Source: Bacteroidales bacterium
GTDB lineage: Bacteria; Bacteroidota; Bacteroidia; Bacteroidales; P3
Direction: 5' to 3'
Assembly: GCA_024400665.1 (NCBI GenBank)
Contig: JAKSML010000004.1
Span: forward strand, 9,151 to 73,150
DNA length: 64,000 nt
Numbering within the stretch: position 1 is the stretch's first letter; every line of letters begins with the position of its first letter. Shown piece by piece: positions 9,202 to 17,933 of this stretch. The notes beneath the pieces are model-generated. The model worked only from the letters and a program-made list of their open reading frames with translations. It was not told the DNA's origin and searched no databases. A program made the position numbers and the translations under genes.

Positions 9202-10302
9202 ATGGCATTAAAAAGAGTTATGGTCCTCACAGGCGGCGGCGATTGCCCCGGTCTCAATGCCGTAATTCGCGGCATCGTGAAGCGCGCCTCCCATGAAAAA
9301 GATTGGGAAGTGATAGGCTGCATAGAGTCCTTCAACGGTGTGCTGCGCGAGCCCACCGAGGTGGTCGAACTCGACGAGAAGAGCGTCGAAGGGCTCCAGA
9401 TCCAAGGCGGCACCATCCTCGGCACCACCAACAAGGGCGGCCCCTTTGAATGGCCGGTGCGGCAAAAGGACGGCACCTGGACCACCGTCGATCGCAGCGA
9501 CGAGATGATCCGCAAGCTCCAGTACATGGGCGTGGACGCCGTCATCAACATCGGCGGCGACGGCTCCCAGCGCATCTCCCTCGGCCTCGCCGAGAAAGGG
9601 CTGAACATCGTGGGCGTGCCCAAGACTATCGACAACGACCTCTCCTCGACCGACTACACCTTCGGCTTCCAGACGGCTGTGCAGATATGCACCGAGGCCA
9701 TCGACAAGCTCGTCACCACCGCGGCCAGCCACAACCGCGTCTTCATCATGGAGGTGATGGGCCGCGACGCAGGCTGGATAGCCCTCCACAGCGCCATAGC
9801 CGGCGGCGCCGACGTGTGCATCATCCCCGAAATACCCTACGACGTCGAAAAAATCAAAGAGAAAATCGAACAACGCTACAACAAGCGCCACGGATACTGC
9901 ATCATCGTGGTGGCAGAAGGCGCCAAGCCCAAGGGCGGCAGCATCGTCGGCACCGAGACCGGCGAGGTGGGCTACCAGCACATCAAGCTCGGCGGCGTGG
10001 GCAACCAGCTGGCAGCCGAACTCAAGGCCGCGGGCGTGGAACACGACATACGCTGCACCATCCTCGGACACCTGCAGCGCGGCGGCACCCCCATAGCCTT
10101 CGACCGCATACTGGCATCCCAGTTCGGCGTGGCTGCCATGGAGCTCGTCATCAACGGCCAGTACGGCCAGATGGTGGCATACCGCCATCCCGACATCGTG
10201 GCAGTGTCGCTCGAAGAGGCCGTGCGCGCCCAGAACCTCGTCAACCCCGACAGCCGCCTCGTCAGCACCGCCCGCGGCCTCGGCATAGAGTTTGGCGACT
10301 AA
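9202..10302 (+). CDS. pfkA: ATP-dependent 6-phosphofructokinase
   Basis: Start moved to MALKRVMVLTGGGDCPGLNAVIRG. PFK motifs are present: GGDGS (INIGGDGSQ), PKTIDNDL, MGRDAGWIAL. The upstream part of the ORF overlaps the promoter. Confidence 0.9.
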   Translation: MALKRVMVLTGGGDCPGLNAVIRGIVKRASHEKDWEVIGCIESFNGVLREPTEVVELDEKSVEGLQIQGGTILGTTNKGGPFEWPVRQKDGTWTTVDRSDEMIRKLQYMGVDAVINIGGDGSQRISLGLAEKGLNIVGVPKTIDNDLSSTDYTFGFQTAVQICTEAIDKLVTTAASHNRVFIMEVMGRDAGWIALHSAIAGGADVCIIPEIPYDVEKIKEKIEQRYNKRHGYCIIVVAEGAKPKGGSIVGTETGEVGYQHIKLGGVGNQLAAELKAAGVEHDIRCTILGHLQRGGTPIAFDRILASQFGVAAMELVINGQYGQMVAYRHPDIVAVSLEEAVRAQNLVNPDSRLVSTARGLGIEFGD

Positions 10303-10340
10303 CACCTCTTTCATCTCAACGAACAAAACATCTTTAATAT

Positions 10341-11867
10341 ATGGAACCTAAAAAAATCAAATCAGCGCTCATCTCCGTCTTCTATAAAGACGGGCTGGAA
10401 GATATCGTCAGAGCTCTGGACAAACAGGGCGTCACCATCTACTCCACGGGCGGCACCTACAAGTTCATCCACGACCTCGGCATCGAACCTATCGCCGTCG
10501 AATCCCTCACCGGCTACCCCTCCATCCTCGGCGGCCGCGTCAAGACCCTCCACCCCAAAGTGTTCGGCGGCATCCTCAGCCGTCGCGACATGTTCTCCGA
10601 CGGCGAACAGCTGGCCGAATACGAGATTCCAGAGATAGACCTCGTCATCGTTGACCTCTACCCCTTCGAGGCCACCGTGGCAAGCGGCGCCCCCGAGCAG
10701 GACATCATCGAGAAGATCGACATCGGAGGCATCTCCCTCATCCGCGCAGCAGCCAAGAACTTCAAGGACGTCGTCATCGTCCCCGCCGTGAACCACTACG
10801 AGGAATTCCTCAACATCTACACCGCTCAGGACGGCGCCACCACCCTCGAACAGCGCCGCCACTTCGCAGCATGCGCCTTCAACGTCAGCTCTCACTACGA
10901 CACCGCCATCTTCAACTACTTCAACCAAGAGGAGAACATCCCCGCCTTCAAACTCAGCAGCACCCACACCAACGAGCTCCGCTACGGCGAGAACCCCCAC
11001 CAGAAGGGCTACTACTACGGCGACCTCGAAGGCTGCTTCACCAAGCTCAACGGCAAGGAGATTTCCTACAACAACCTCGGCGACATCGACGCTGCCTGCG
11101 CCCTCATCGACGACTTCAGCGACACCACCTTCGCCATCCTCAAGCACAACAACGCCTGCGGCCTCGCCTGCCGTCCCACCCTGCTCCAGGCTTGGACCGA
11201 CGCCCTCGCCGGCGACCCCGTCTCCGCTTTCGGCGGCATCCTCATCACCAACCGCACCATCACCAAAGAGGTGGCTGAAGAGATGCACAAGATCTTCTTC
11301 GAGGTCTGCATCGCTCCCGACTATGACGAGGACGCCCTCGCCATCCTCCGTGGCAAGAAGAACCGCATCATCCTCAAACGCAACGAGTTCAAAATGCACC
11401 AGACGATGTTCCGCAGCGTGCTGAACGGCATCCTCGTGCAGGATCGCGACAACGTGGTGCCCACCGCAGCCGACATGGCCAAGAGCGTCACCTCCACCCC
11501 CATCACCGAACAGCAGGCCAAAGACCTCGCCTTCGCCACCATCCTTGTCAAGCACACCAAGAGCAACGCCATCGTCCTCGCTAAGAACGGCCAGCTCTAC
11601 GCCAGCGGCACCGGCCAGACCTCGCGCGTCGATGCGCTGCGCCAGGCTATCGCCAAGGCCAAGTCGTTCAAATTCGACCTCAACGGCGCCGTCATGGCAA
11701 GCGATGCCTTCTTCCCCTTCGCCGACTGTGTCGAGATAGCCCACGAGGCTGGCATCACCGCCGTAGCACACCCCGGCGGCTCCATCCACGACCAGGACTC
11801 TATCGACTACTGCGAGAAGAACGGCATGGGCATGGCCATCACGGGATTCAGACATTTTAAGCATTAA
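10341..11867 (+). CDS. purH: Bifunctional AICAR formyltransferase / IMP cyclohydrolase
   Basis: 508-aa ORF. It has an MGS-like N-domain (ALISVFYKDGL...STGGT..F) and ends with the typical C-terminus ...AMVFTGFRHFKH-like (AITGFRHFKH). Confidence 0.95.
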   Translation: MEPKKIKSALISVFYKDGLEDIVRALDKQGVTIYSTGGTYKFIHDLGIEPIAVESLTGYPSILGGRVKTLHPKVFGGILSRRDMFSDGEQLAEYEIPEIDLVIVDLYPFEATVASGAPEQDIIEKIDIGGISLIRAAAKNFKDVVIVPAVNHYEEFLNIYTAQDGATTLEQRRHFAACAFNVSSHYDTAIFNYFNQEENIPAFKLSSTHTNELRYGENPHQKGYYYGDLEGCFTKLNGKEISYNNLGDIDAACALIDDFSDTTFAILKHNNACGLACRPTLLQAWTDALAGDPVSAFGGILITNRTITKEVAEEMHKIFFEVCIAPDYDEDALAILRGKKNRIILKRNEFKMHQTMFRSVLNGILVQDRDNVVPTAADMAKSVTSTPITEQQAKDLAFATILVKHTKSNAIVLAKNGQLYASGTGQTSRVDALRQAIAKAKSFKFDLNGAVMASDAFFPFADCVEIAHEAGITAVAHPGGSIHDQDSIDYCEKNGMGMAITGFRHFKH

Positions 11868-11929
11868 ATGAAACTATTTTCGGCTTTTTCCGTATAAGTA
11901 ATAATTAATAGGAAAATACAATATTATAT

Positions 11930-12955
11930 ATGGGTTTATTTTCATTCTTCAACAAAGAGGTCGCAATGGACTTGGGCACAGCCAATTCCATCGTCATTTA
12001 CAACGACCAAGTAGTTATCGACGAGCCCTCCATCGTGGCCATCGACCGCAACACCAACCACATCATCGCCGTGGGCAAACGCGCCCAGATGATGGCCGGT
12101 AAGACCGACAACAAGAATGTTGAGACCATCCGTCCGCTCCGCGGCGGCGTCATCGCCGACTTCGAGATGGCCCAGCACCTTATCCGCGAGCTCATCGGCA
12201 TGACCAACATCAACCGTTCCTTCATGCCCCCATCGCTGCGCATGGTCATCTGTATTCCCTCCGGCATCACCAATGTCGAAGAACGTGCCGTGCGTGAGTC
12301 GGCAGAACAGGCTGGCGCCAAAGAGATCCGCATGATCCACGAGCCTATGGCCGCCGCTATCGGCATCGGCATCGACGTGCTCGAGCCCGAAGGCCACATG
12401 ATTGTCGATATCGGAGGCGGCACCGCTGAAATCGCCGTCATCTCCCTGGGCGGCATCGTGTGCAACAACTCTATCCGCGTGGCTGGCGACGAGTTCAACG
12501 AGAACGTCGTAGAATATATGCGCAAGCAGCACAACATGGTCATCGGCGAGCGCACCGCCGAGCAGGTCAAAATCAAAGTCGGCGCCGCCGTCAGCGAGCT
12601 CGCCGACCCCCCAGAGGACTACCCCACCCTCGGCCGCGACCTCCTCACCGGTCTGCCCAAAGAGATCTCCGTCAACTACAAGGAGATTGCCCATGCCCTC
12701 GACAAGTCTATCGCACGCATCGAGCAAGCCATCCTCGACACCCTCTCCGCTACGCCTCCTGAGCTGGCTGCCGATATCTATCGCACCGGTATCTATCTGG
12801 CTGGTGGCGGCTCCCTGCTTCGCGGTCTCGACCAGCGCATCTCTTCCAAGACCAAGCTCCAGGTCCACATCGCCGACGATCCTCTGCGTGCTGTGGCTCG
12901 TGGCACCGGCATCGCCCTCAAGAACTTCAACAAGTTCTCCTTCCTTATCCGATAG
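11930..12955 (+). CDS. mreB: Rod shape-determining protein MreB
   Basis: 341-aa actin-fold ORF with DLGTANS, IHEPMAAAIG, VDIGGGTAEIAV and GIYLAGGGSLLRGLD. Confidence 0.95.
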   Translation: MGLFSFFNKEVAMDLGTANSIVIYNDQVVIDEPSIVAIDRNTNHIIAVGKRAQMMAGKTDNKNVETIRPLRGGVIADFEMAQHLIRELIGMTNINRSFMPPSLRMVICIPSGITNVEERAVRESAEQAGAKEIRMIHEPMAAAIGIGIDVLEPEGHMIVDIGGGTAEIAVISLGGIVCNNSIRVAGDEFNENVVEYMRKQHNMVIGERTAEQVKIKVGAAVSELADPPEDYPTLGRDLLTGLPKEISVNYKEIAHALDKSIARIEQAILDTLSATPPELAADIYRTGIYLAGGGSLLRGLDQRISSKTKLQVHIADDPLRAVARGTGIALKNFNKFSFLIR

Positions 12956-12984
12956 TTCGCGATTAAAGAAGAACAACGCATACA

Positions 12985-13026
12985 AGACTGACAGTTGGCT
13001 ACGTGCCAGCTGTCAGTCTTTTTTTC
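12985..13026 (+). terminator. Rho-independent terminator after mreB
   Basis: agactgacagttggc-tacg-tgccagctgtcagtct forms a 15-bp stem with 1 mismatch, followed by a T7 run. Confidence 0.8.
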
Positions 13027-13167
13027 ACCTCTGCCTTTATGGGTGACCAAGCAACATCGCTGTAGGTGGGGCTTTCTCTCTCATCATCTCTCCTCGCCTA
13101 TCACTATACCAAAACGGCCTCCACAAAGGTGGAAGCCGTCGTTGGTCTATTATGGAAAACGAATCTT

Positions 13168-14628
13168 CTACAGTTTGACAATCTCTTCGAGGATGTCTTT
13201 GATCATGGTATCCATGGTCTCATCATCGCAGTCGTAGTTGTTGCAGAGGACGGAGAAGCAGAACATCTCGTCGTCGGCATTAGTGAAGTAGCCCACATAG
13301 TTGCGGACGCCCTGCATGACGCCGCACTTGATCTTGAGGGCGCACTCGTCGGGGATGTCGGGGATGATGGCCGACTCTGGGAGGTTGGCGCTGATGCCAA
13401 GGGTGCCAACAAAGTCCCAGAAGAAGGGCTGACGGGCTATAGCATCGAGGAACTGGCAGACGAAATAGGGGGTGACATGGTTGTCGCGCGAGATGCCGCT
13501 GCCGTCAACCATATTGATTTCGGAGCCATCGAGGCCGAGTTCCTTGAAGTAGTCGCACATGAAGGCATGGCCAGACTTGTAGGTGCCATGTTCTTCGCGC
13601 AGGTAGCCCAAGAGTTTGAAGAGGCTCTCGGCGGCGATGGTGCTGTTGGTCTGGGTGGTGAGGGCGGAGATGGTGAAAAGGTTGAAGGAGGTGTCGGCGC
13701 AGATTCTGCGGTACTGCGTCGGCATGGTGAAATGCACCGAGGGCTCGCCCGAGACGGGCATGCCGTGGGTGTTGAGGTAGTGGGTGAAATCCTTAGCCAT
13801 AGTGAGTGCTGGCTGCGGGAGGGAGGCGCGGAAGTGGGTGTCGGAGGTGCCGAGGGGGATGATGCCGCAGCAGATGCGGCCTGCCTCGTAGGGGGAGCCG
13901 AAGAAGCTGATGTCGTAGTTGGTATCGCGGGCGCCGGTGACGACGTGGTTGGCGATGGGTATGTCGGGATGGGTGCTGGTGATGATGGCGGGGGTGCCAG
14001 CACGGCGTCCAGAACGGAGATGCACGTCGATGGAGTTCTCGTTGTAGTTGAGGCCGCAGGCGCCGCTGCCGTAGCTGTTGCCGATGTCGCGCCACTGCCA
14101 AGAGGGATGGACCATATCGTCGTCATAGAGGGAGGTATCGACATAGATATGGCCGTTGATGCGCTTGATGCCGTGCTTGCGCATAGCCGACATGAAGCGG
14201 AAGAAGGTTGAGTCGGTGTGCGGGAAGCGGTCGGAGCAGAAGAAGGGGTCGCCGGAGCCGATGATGATGATGTCGCCGTTGAGGTTGCCCTGTTTGTCGA
14301 TGGTGCCGGTGTATTCGACGTCGGTCTCGAAGGTGAACTTGGGACCGAGGCGGCTGTAGGCGGCGGCGGTTGTGAAGAGCTTATTGATGGCGGCGGGCAT
14401 CATAGCCAGGTCCTCGTTGCGGGTGTAGATGGTGCTGTCCTTGGTGATATTGTGGACGCAGACGCCGAGCGAGGCATGGCGGACATCGTGTTTGCGGGTG
14501 ATGTGACGGACAACGAAGTCGATACGGTCTGTGTTCTGCGCCGCGACGTCGAAGGCGGCGAAGGCCAGGAAGAGCATCGGCAGCATCCATTTAGCTTGGT
14601 GACGGTATGAACGAAGCATATATTTCAT
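13168..14628 (-). CDS. PBP4/DacB-family (peptidase S13) homolog with degenerate active-site motifs
   Basis: 486-aa ORF with a signal peptide. It aligns to DacB around MPAAINKLFTTAAAYSRLGPKFTF (E. coli: LPASTQKVITALAALIQLGPDFRF), DGSGISRDN and IKCGVMQGVRNYVGYF (E. coli: AKTGSLQGVYNLAGF). SxxK reads AINK and KTG reads KCG. Confidence 0.8.
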   Translation of the reverse strand: MKYMLRSYRHQAKWMLPMLFLAFAAFDVAAQNTDRIDFVVRHITRKHDVRHASLGVCVHNITKDSTIYTRNEDLAMMPAAINKLFTTAAAYSRLGPKFTFETDVEYTGTIDKQGNLNGDIIIIGSGDPFFCSDRFPHTDSTFFRFMSAMRKHGIKRINGHIYVDTSLYDDDMVHPSWQWRDIGNSYGSGACGLNYNENSIDVHLRSGRRAGTPAIITSTHPDIPIANHVVTGARDTNYDISFFGSPYEAGRICCGIIPLGTSDTHFRASLPQPALTMAKDFTHYLNTHGMPVSGEPSVHFTMPTQYRRICADTSFNLFTISALTTQTNSTIAAESLFKLLGYLREEHGTYKSGHAFMCDYFKELGLDGSEINMVDGSGISRDNHVTPYFVCQFLDAIARQPFFWDFVGTLGISANLPESAIIPDIPDECALKIKCGVMQGVRNYVGYFTNADDEMFCFSVLCNNYDCDDETMDTMIKDILEEIVKL

Positions 14629-14703
14629 GAAGATTTGAAGATTCGAAGGGTTGAAGATTTGAGGATTTGGAGATTTGAAGGGTGGGTGGGTCCGATAGCG
14701 TTA

Positions 14704-15327
14704 TTATTCACCCGGTGGGTCCTGGGGGGATTTTAGTTGTGCATTGATTTGATCTATATAGTCCAGCAGCTGGTCGCGGCCGTACTGCGACACAGATGAG
14801 GTGAGCAGCATGTAGGGCAGCTCTTCCCAATCTTCGTTGAGGACACGTTTGTAGCTATTGACCGTGGCGGCTACCTCGCGCTGGTTCTGTTTGTCTATCT
14901 TGGTGAAGACGATAGACATGGGGATGCCGTTGCGGCCGAGGAAATTGATGAACTCCAGGTCTATGGCTTGCGGGGGGATGCGGGAATCGACGAGGACGAA
15001 CACGTTGACCAGCTGTTCGCGGCGGAGCATGTAGTCGGTGATCATGCGTTGCCATTTCTCGCGGGCTGTCTTCGAGATACGGGCGTAGCCGTAGCCGGGC
15101 AGATCGACAAGGTACCACTCGTTGTTGATGAGGAAGTGGTTGATGAGCTGGGTCTTGCCGGGCTTGACGCTGGTCTTGGCCAGACCTTTATTGTGTGTGA
15201 GCATGTTGATGAGCGACGACTTGCCGACGTTGCTGCGGCCAATGAAGGCGTATTCGGGTCTGCCGTCATCGGGGCAGCGGCGGTAGTCGCTGTTACTCAC
15301 TACAAATGTTGCACTTTTTATCTCCAT
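14704..15327 (-). CDS. engB: Ribosome biogenesis GTP-binding protein YihA/EngB
   Basis: Start set at [10 protein letters not shown]1 is [13 protein letters not shown]3 is DLPGYG, G4 is TKIDK. The longer ORF start runs into the upstream repeat module. Confidence 0.9.
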   Translation of the reverse strand: MEIKSATFVVSNSDYRRCPDDGRPEYAFIGRSNVGKSSLINMLTHNKGLAKTSVKPGKTQLINHFLINNEWYLVDLPGYGYARISKTAREKWQRMITDYMLRREQLVNVFVLVDSRIPPQAIDLEFINFLGRNGIPMSIVFTKIDKQNQREVAATVNSYKRVLNEDWEELPYMLLTSSVSQYGRDQLLDYIDQINAQLKSPQDPPGE

Positions 15328-15330
15328 GTT

Positions 15331-15437
15331 CTGTGAATTGTGATCTGTGAATTGTGATCTGTGACCTGTGACCTGTGACCTGACAAATGGCGGCAACCGC
15401 CCTCAGTTCACTGATCACCGTTCACTGATCACTGATA
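15331..15437. repeat. REP-like intergenic module: AT-rich microrepeat arms around a GGCGG-CAA-CCGCC core
   Basis: The left arm is ctgtgaattgtgat x2 plus ctgtgac x3. The core is ggcggcaaccgccc. The right arm is ttcactgatcac x2, and the arms are mutually inverted (gtgatctgtgaa vs rc gtgatcagtgaa). Confidence 0.75.
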
Positions 15438-16592
15438 TCAATTTTTCTGGCGGCGTTTCTCGCGGCGTTTCTCGCGGCGATGGCGGCGGTTGGCCAGACG
15501 GATATTGCGGCGGTTCTCGCGCTCGGTCATCTCTTTGAGGCGTTTGAGGCCGCGGAGCTCGGCGCGTTCTTCTTCGTCCATCTTCTTCCACCAAGGCATT
15601 TTCTTCATGTCGATGCGGAAGAAGTGCAGACGGTCGAAGACGTTGTTTTTGACCTCGTAAGACTCGAAGTAGCGTTTGCGTTTCTCGGGCAGAAGGTCGC
15701 GGAGATCGACGAGGATGCCGGTCTCGTCGGTGTTGCCGAAATCCTTGTTGATGGCTGTTCCGAAGGAGCGCATAGAGGGGGAGAGGCTCATGTAGGCGGT
15801 GATCATAGCGGGCACGGCGGAGCCGAGGGCACGGACGCTGCGCACGAGAATCTGATAGTCCTCCTTGTAGTTGCGGCCGTTGAAGAAGCTGTTGAGCTCG
15901 TTGAGGTCGCTCTCGATTTTGAGGGGCTCGGAGGGCCACACGAGGCCGTCGCGGTCGGGGAAGTGCTTCTGCATGAAGTAGAGCACGAGGTCTTTGGCAC
16001 GGCGGTTCATCTGTGGGTACATCGTAATCTTGCCGAAGAAATAGCGTGTCTCGGGTATTTCCAAGGCGATGCCGCCGAGGCCGTCCCAGAGGTTGTCGAG
16101 GGAGTAGAGGCCCTTGCGGAGGTTGTTGCCCGGCTGGAAGTCGGGCTGGACAAAGGCACGACCGAGCTCTACGGTGTAGGGGAGATACTGTTCCACGAAC
16201 TCGGGGGAGTATTGGAAGAGTTCGGCCGTTGGGGTGACGATGGGGCCGTTGTCAGAGCGTAGCATGTTGGTGCCGTGGATGAAGCGGTAGCCGCCGACGA
16301 TTTCTTCGTCTTCGGGGCTCCATACGAAGAGCTGCTTGAAGCAGTAGGGTTCCGGGAGGGTGTCGAACTGGTCGATGTCGCAGTCCTTGCCTGTGCCGCC
16401 GCCATCGAGGGCGTAGCTGAGTTCGCGGAGGCGTCCGATCTCACGCATGATGTTGGGCGAGAGGTGTGCGGTGGTGATGTATATTTCCTTGTTGCCGCAG
16501 TTAGTCTTGCGGAGGAAGTTCTTATGCTTCAGCTCGGCTCTTATGAGTCCGCGGGGGACCTTGGGGATGATATATGAGGTGTCGATATCCAT
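15438..16592 (-). CDS. GNAT-family lipid N-acyltransferase (OlsB/GlsB-like, glycine/ornithine lipid synthesis) with a highly basic C-terminal tail
   Basis: 384-aa ORF. It is adjacent to and co-oriented with a PlsC-type acyltransferase, as in the Bacteroides glsB-glsA pair. The C-terminal ~60 aa are K/R/E-rich (RRHRREKRREKRRQKN). Confidence 0.65.
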   Translation of the reverse strand: MDIDTSYIIPKVPRGLIRAELKHKNFLRKTNCGNKEIYITTAHLSPNIMREIGRLRELSYALDGGGTGKDCDIDQFDTLPEPYCFKQLFVWSPEDEEIVGGYRFIHGTNMLRSDNGPIVTPTAELFQYSPEFVEQYLPYTVELGRAFVQPDFQPGNNLRKGLYSLDNLWDGLGGIALEIPETRYFFGKITMYPQMNRRAKDLVLYFMQKHFPDRDGLVWPSEPLKIESDLNELNSFFNGRNYKEDYQILVRSVRALGSAVPAMITAYMSLSPSMRSFGTAINKDFGNTDETGILVDLRDLLPEKRKRYFESYEVKNNVFDRLHFFRIDMKKMPWWKKMDEEERAELRGLKRLKEMTERENRRNIRLANRRHRREKRREKRRQKN

Positions 16593-16697
16593 GCTGTGAA
16601 AAAAATGAATAAATTAATGAATAAAAAATAAAGAGTGGGCTGCCGCCCTTAATTGGCTCCAGGTCTCACCTGGCGGCTTCCGCCCAATTCTCAATTC

Positions 16698-17576
16698 TCA
16701 ATTCTCAATTAAAAAGCGGGCCTGGGGGTTTAATGCCAGACGGTAGCAGTGCTGCTTCACCAGTTCTGCCCACTCCTTGGGGGTGTGGCGGCTGTCGAAG
16801 GTCTGCCAGGCGATAGGCTCGCCCACCACGAGGCGGAGGCGTTTGCCGCGCTGGGCGAACATCTCGGCGGGGAGGAGAGCCATCTCGAAGTTGAACTTGA
16901 TGCCCAGCTTCTCGCGGAGACGAGCGAGGTTGTAGAAGCGACTACGGTTGCGGGCGTCGAAGAAGAAGGGGACGACGTCGCGGTGGTATTTCAGTGCTTT
17001 TTTCACGAAGGTGGGCTTCCAATCCAGATCGCGGATGCTGCCGTCTTTCTGCTTGCGGGAGCAGAGGCCTGCGGGGAAGAAGAGGAGCGTGTTCTCGCCG
17101 GCGAAAGCCTGTTCCAGGGCGTTCACGTTGGCAGTGTTGCGATGGACCTTATCGACGGGCACGAAGAGGGGAGCGGGGCCAGGGAGGTAGAGGAGGAAGT
17201 CGTTGACGGGAAACTTGATATCGTGCCTGTAGCGGCCGATGGCGCCCATGAGGGCGAGGCCGTCGGGGCCTCCGAGGGGATGGTTGCCGGCGATGATGGG
17301 GAAGCCCTGCTGTGGGATGTTGTCGCCGCCGACGACATCGAGTGAGACGTTGAGGTCGGAGCCCTGATTGCCTTCCAAAAAAGCATGCACAAAGTCGAGA
17401 CCGAACTTGTAGCGATGGCGGTAAATGACAGAATTGACCTCATCGAGATGCAGAAGACGCTCCAGGAAGCCCACCATCCAGTTGGGCAGCTTGACGTTCT
17501 TATTAGCCAAAACCTTTTGAATATCAATATGTTTTGGCGAAATGCTCTCGGGGTTGATATGCTCTAAAGTGTCCAT
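16698..17576 (-). CDS. Lysophospholipid/1-acyl-glycerol-3-phosphate-type O-acyltransferase (OlsA/GlsA-like)
   Basis: Start set at MDTLEHINPE, because the -7 box at 17600-17607 lies inside the longer ORF. The acyltransferase HX4D-type block reads IAGNHPLGGPDG. The C-terminus FLIEN is encoded by the attctcaatt repeat. Confidence 0.7.
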   Translation of the reverse strand: MDTLEHINPESISPKHIDIQKVLANKNVKLPNWMVGFLERLLHLDEVNSVIYRHRYKFGLDFVHAFLEGNQGSDLNVSLDVVGGDNIPQQGFPIIAGNHPLGGPDGLALMGAIGRYRHDIKFPVNDFLLYLPGPAPLFVPVDKVHRNTANVNALEQAFAGENTLLFFPAGLCSRKQKDGSIRDLDWKPTFVKKALKYHRDVVPFFFDARNRSRFYNLARLREKLGIKFNFEMALLPAEMFAQRGKRLRLVVGEPIAWQTFDSRHTPKEWAELVKQHCYRLALNPQARFLIEN

Positions 17577-17599
17577 AGTTCGACAAGAATTCGAAAATG

Positions 17600-17607
17600 C
17601 AAAGATA
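17600..17607 (-). promoter_or_regulatory. -7 promoter box TATCTTTG (minus strand)
   Basis: Plus strand reads caaagata, 24 nt upstream of the ATG at 17576. Confidence 0.5.
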
Positions 17608-17933
17608 CGAAAAAAAAATGACACAGAAGAAAATATCTTCCTATTTAAGTAATTATTAATAAATATACCGATGCGGAAGTCCGCCCGCCGTTGCCGAATG
17701 GCGGCACAGGCGAGAGCATGAAGAAAAGAGCGGGGGGATAATAATTAGCGGAGAATGGCCTTGCGACCACCCTCCGCTGATTGAGACAAGACAAGCAAAT
17801 AAAAAAACGACAAAACGACATTTTTTTAACATTTGTCTGTCCTTGTTCTTACTCACTTCTTACTCACGGCGGATTGAAATGTTAATTTTGGAGATTTGAG
17901 GATTGAGAGATTTTCTAATTGTTGGTTGTCGGT

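Noticed and set aside
10303-10340. Possible ZTP (pfl) riboswitch upstream of purH.
   Set aside because: The gap is only 38 nt and lacks the conserved pfl motifs. purH appears co-transcribed with pfkA.
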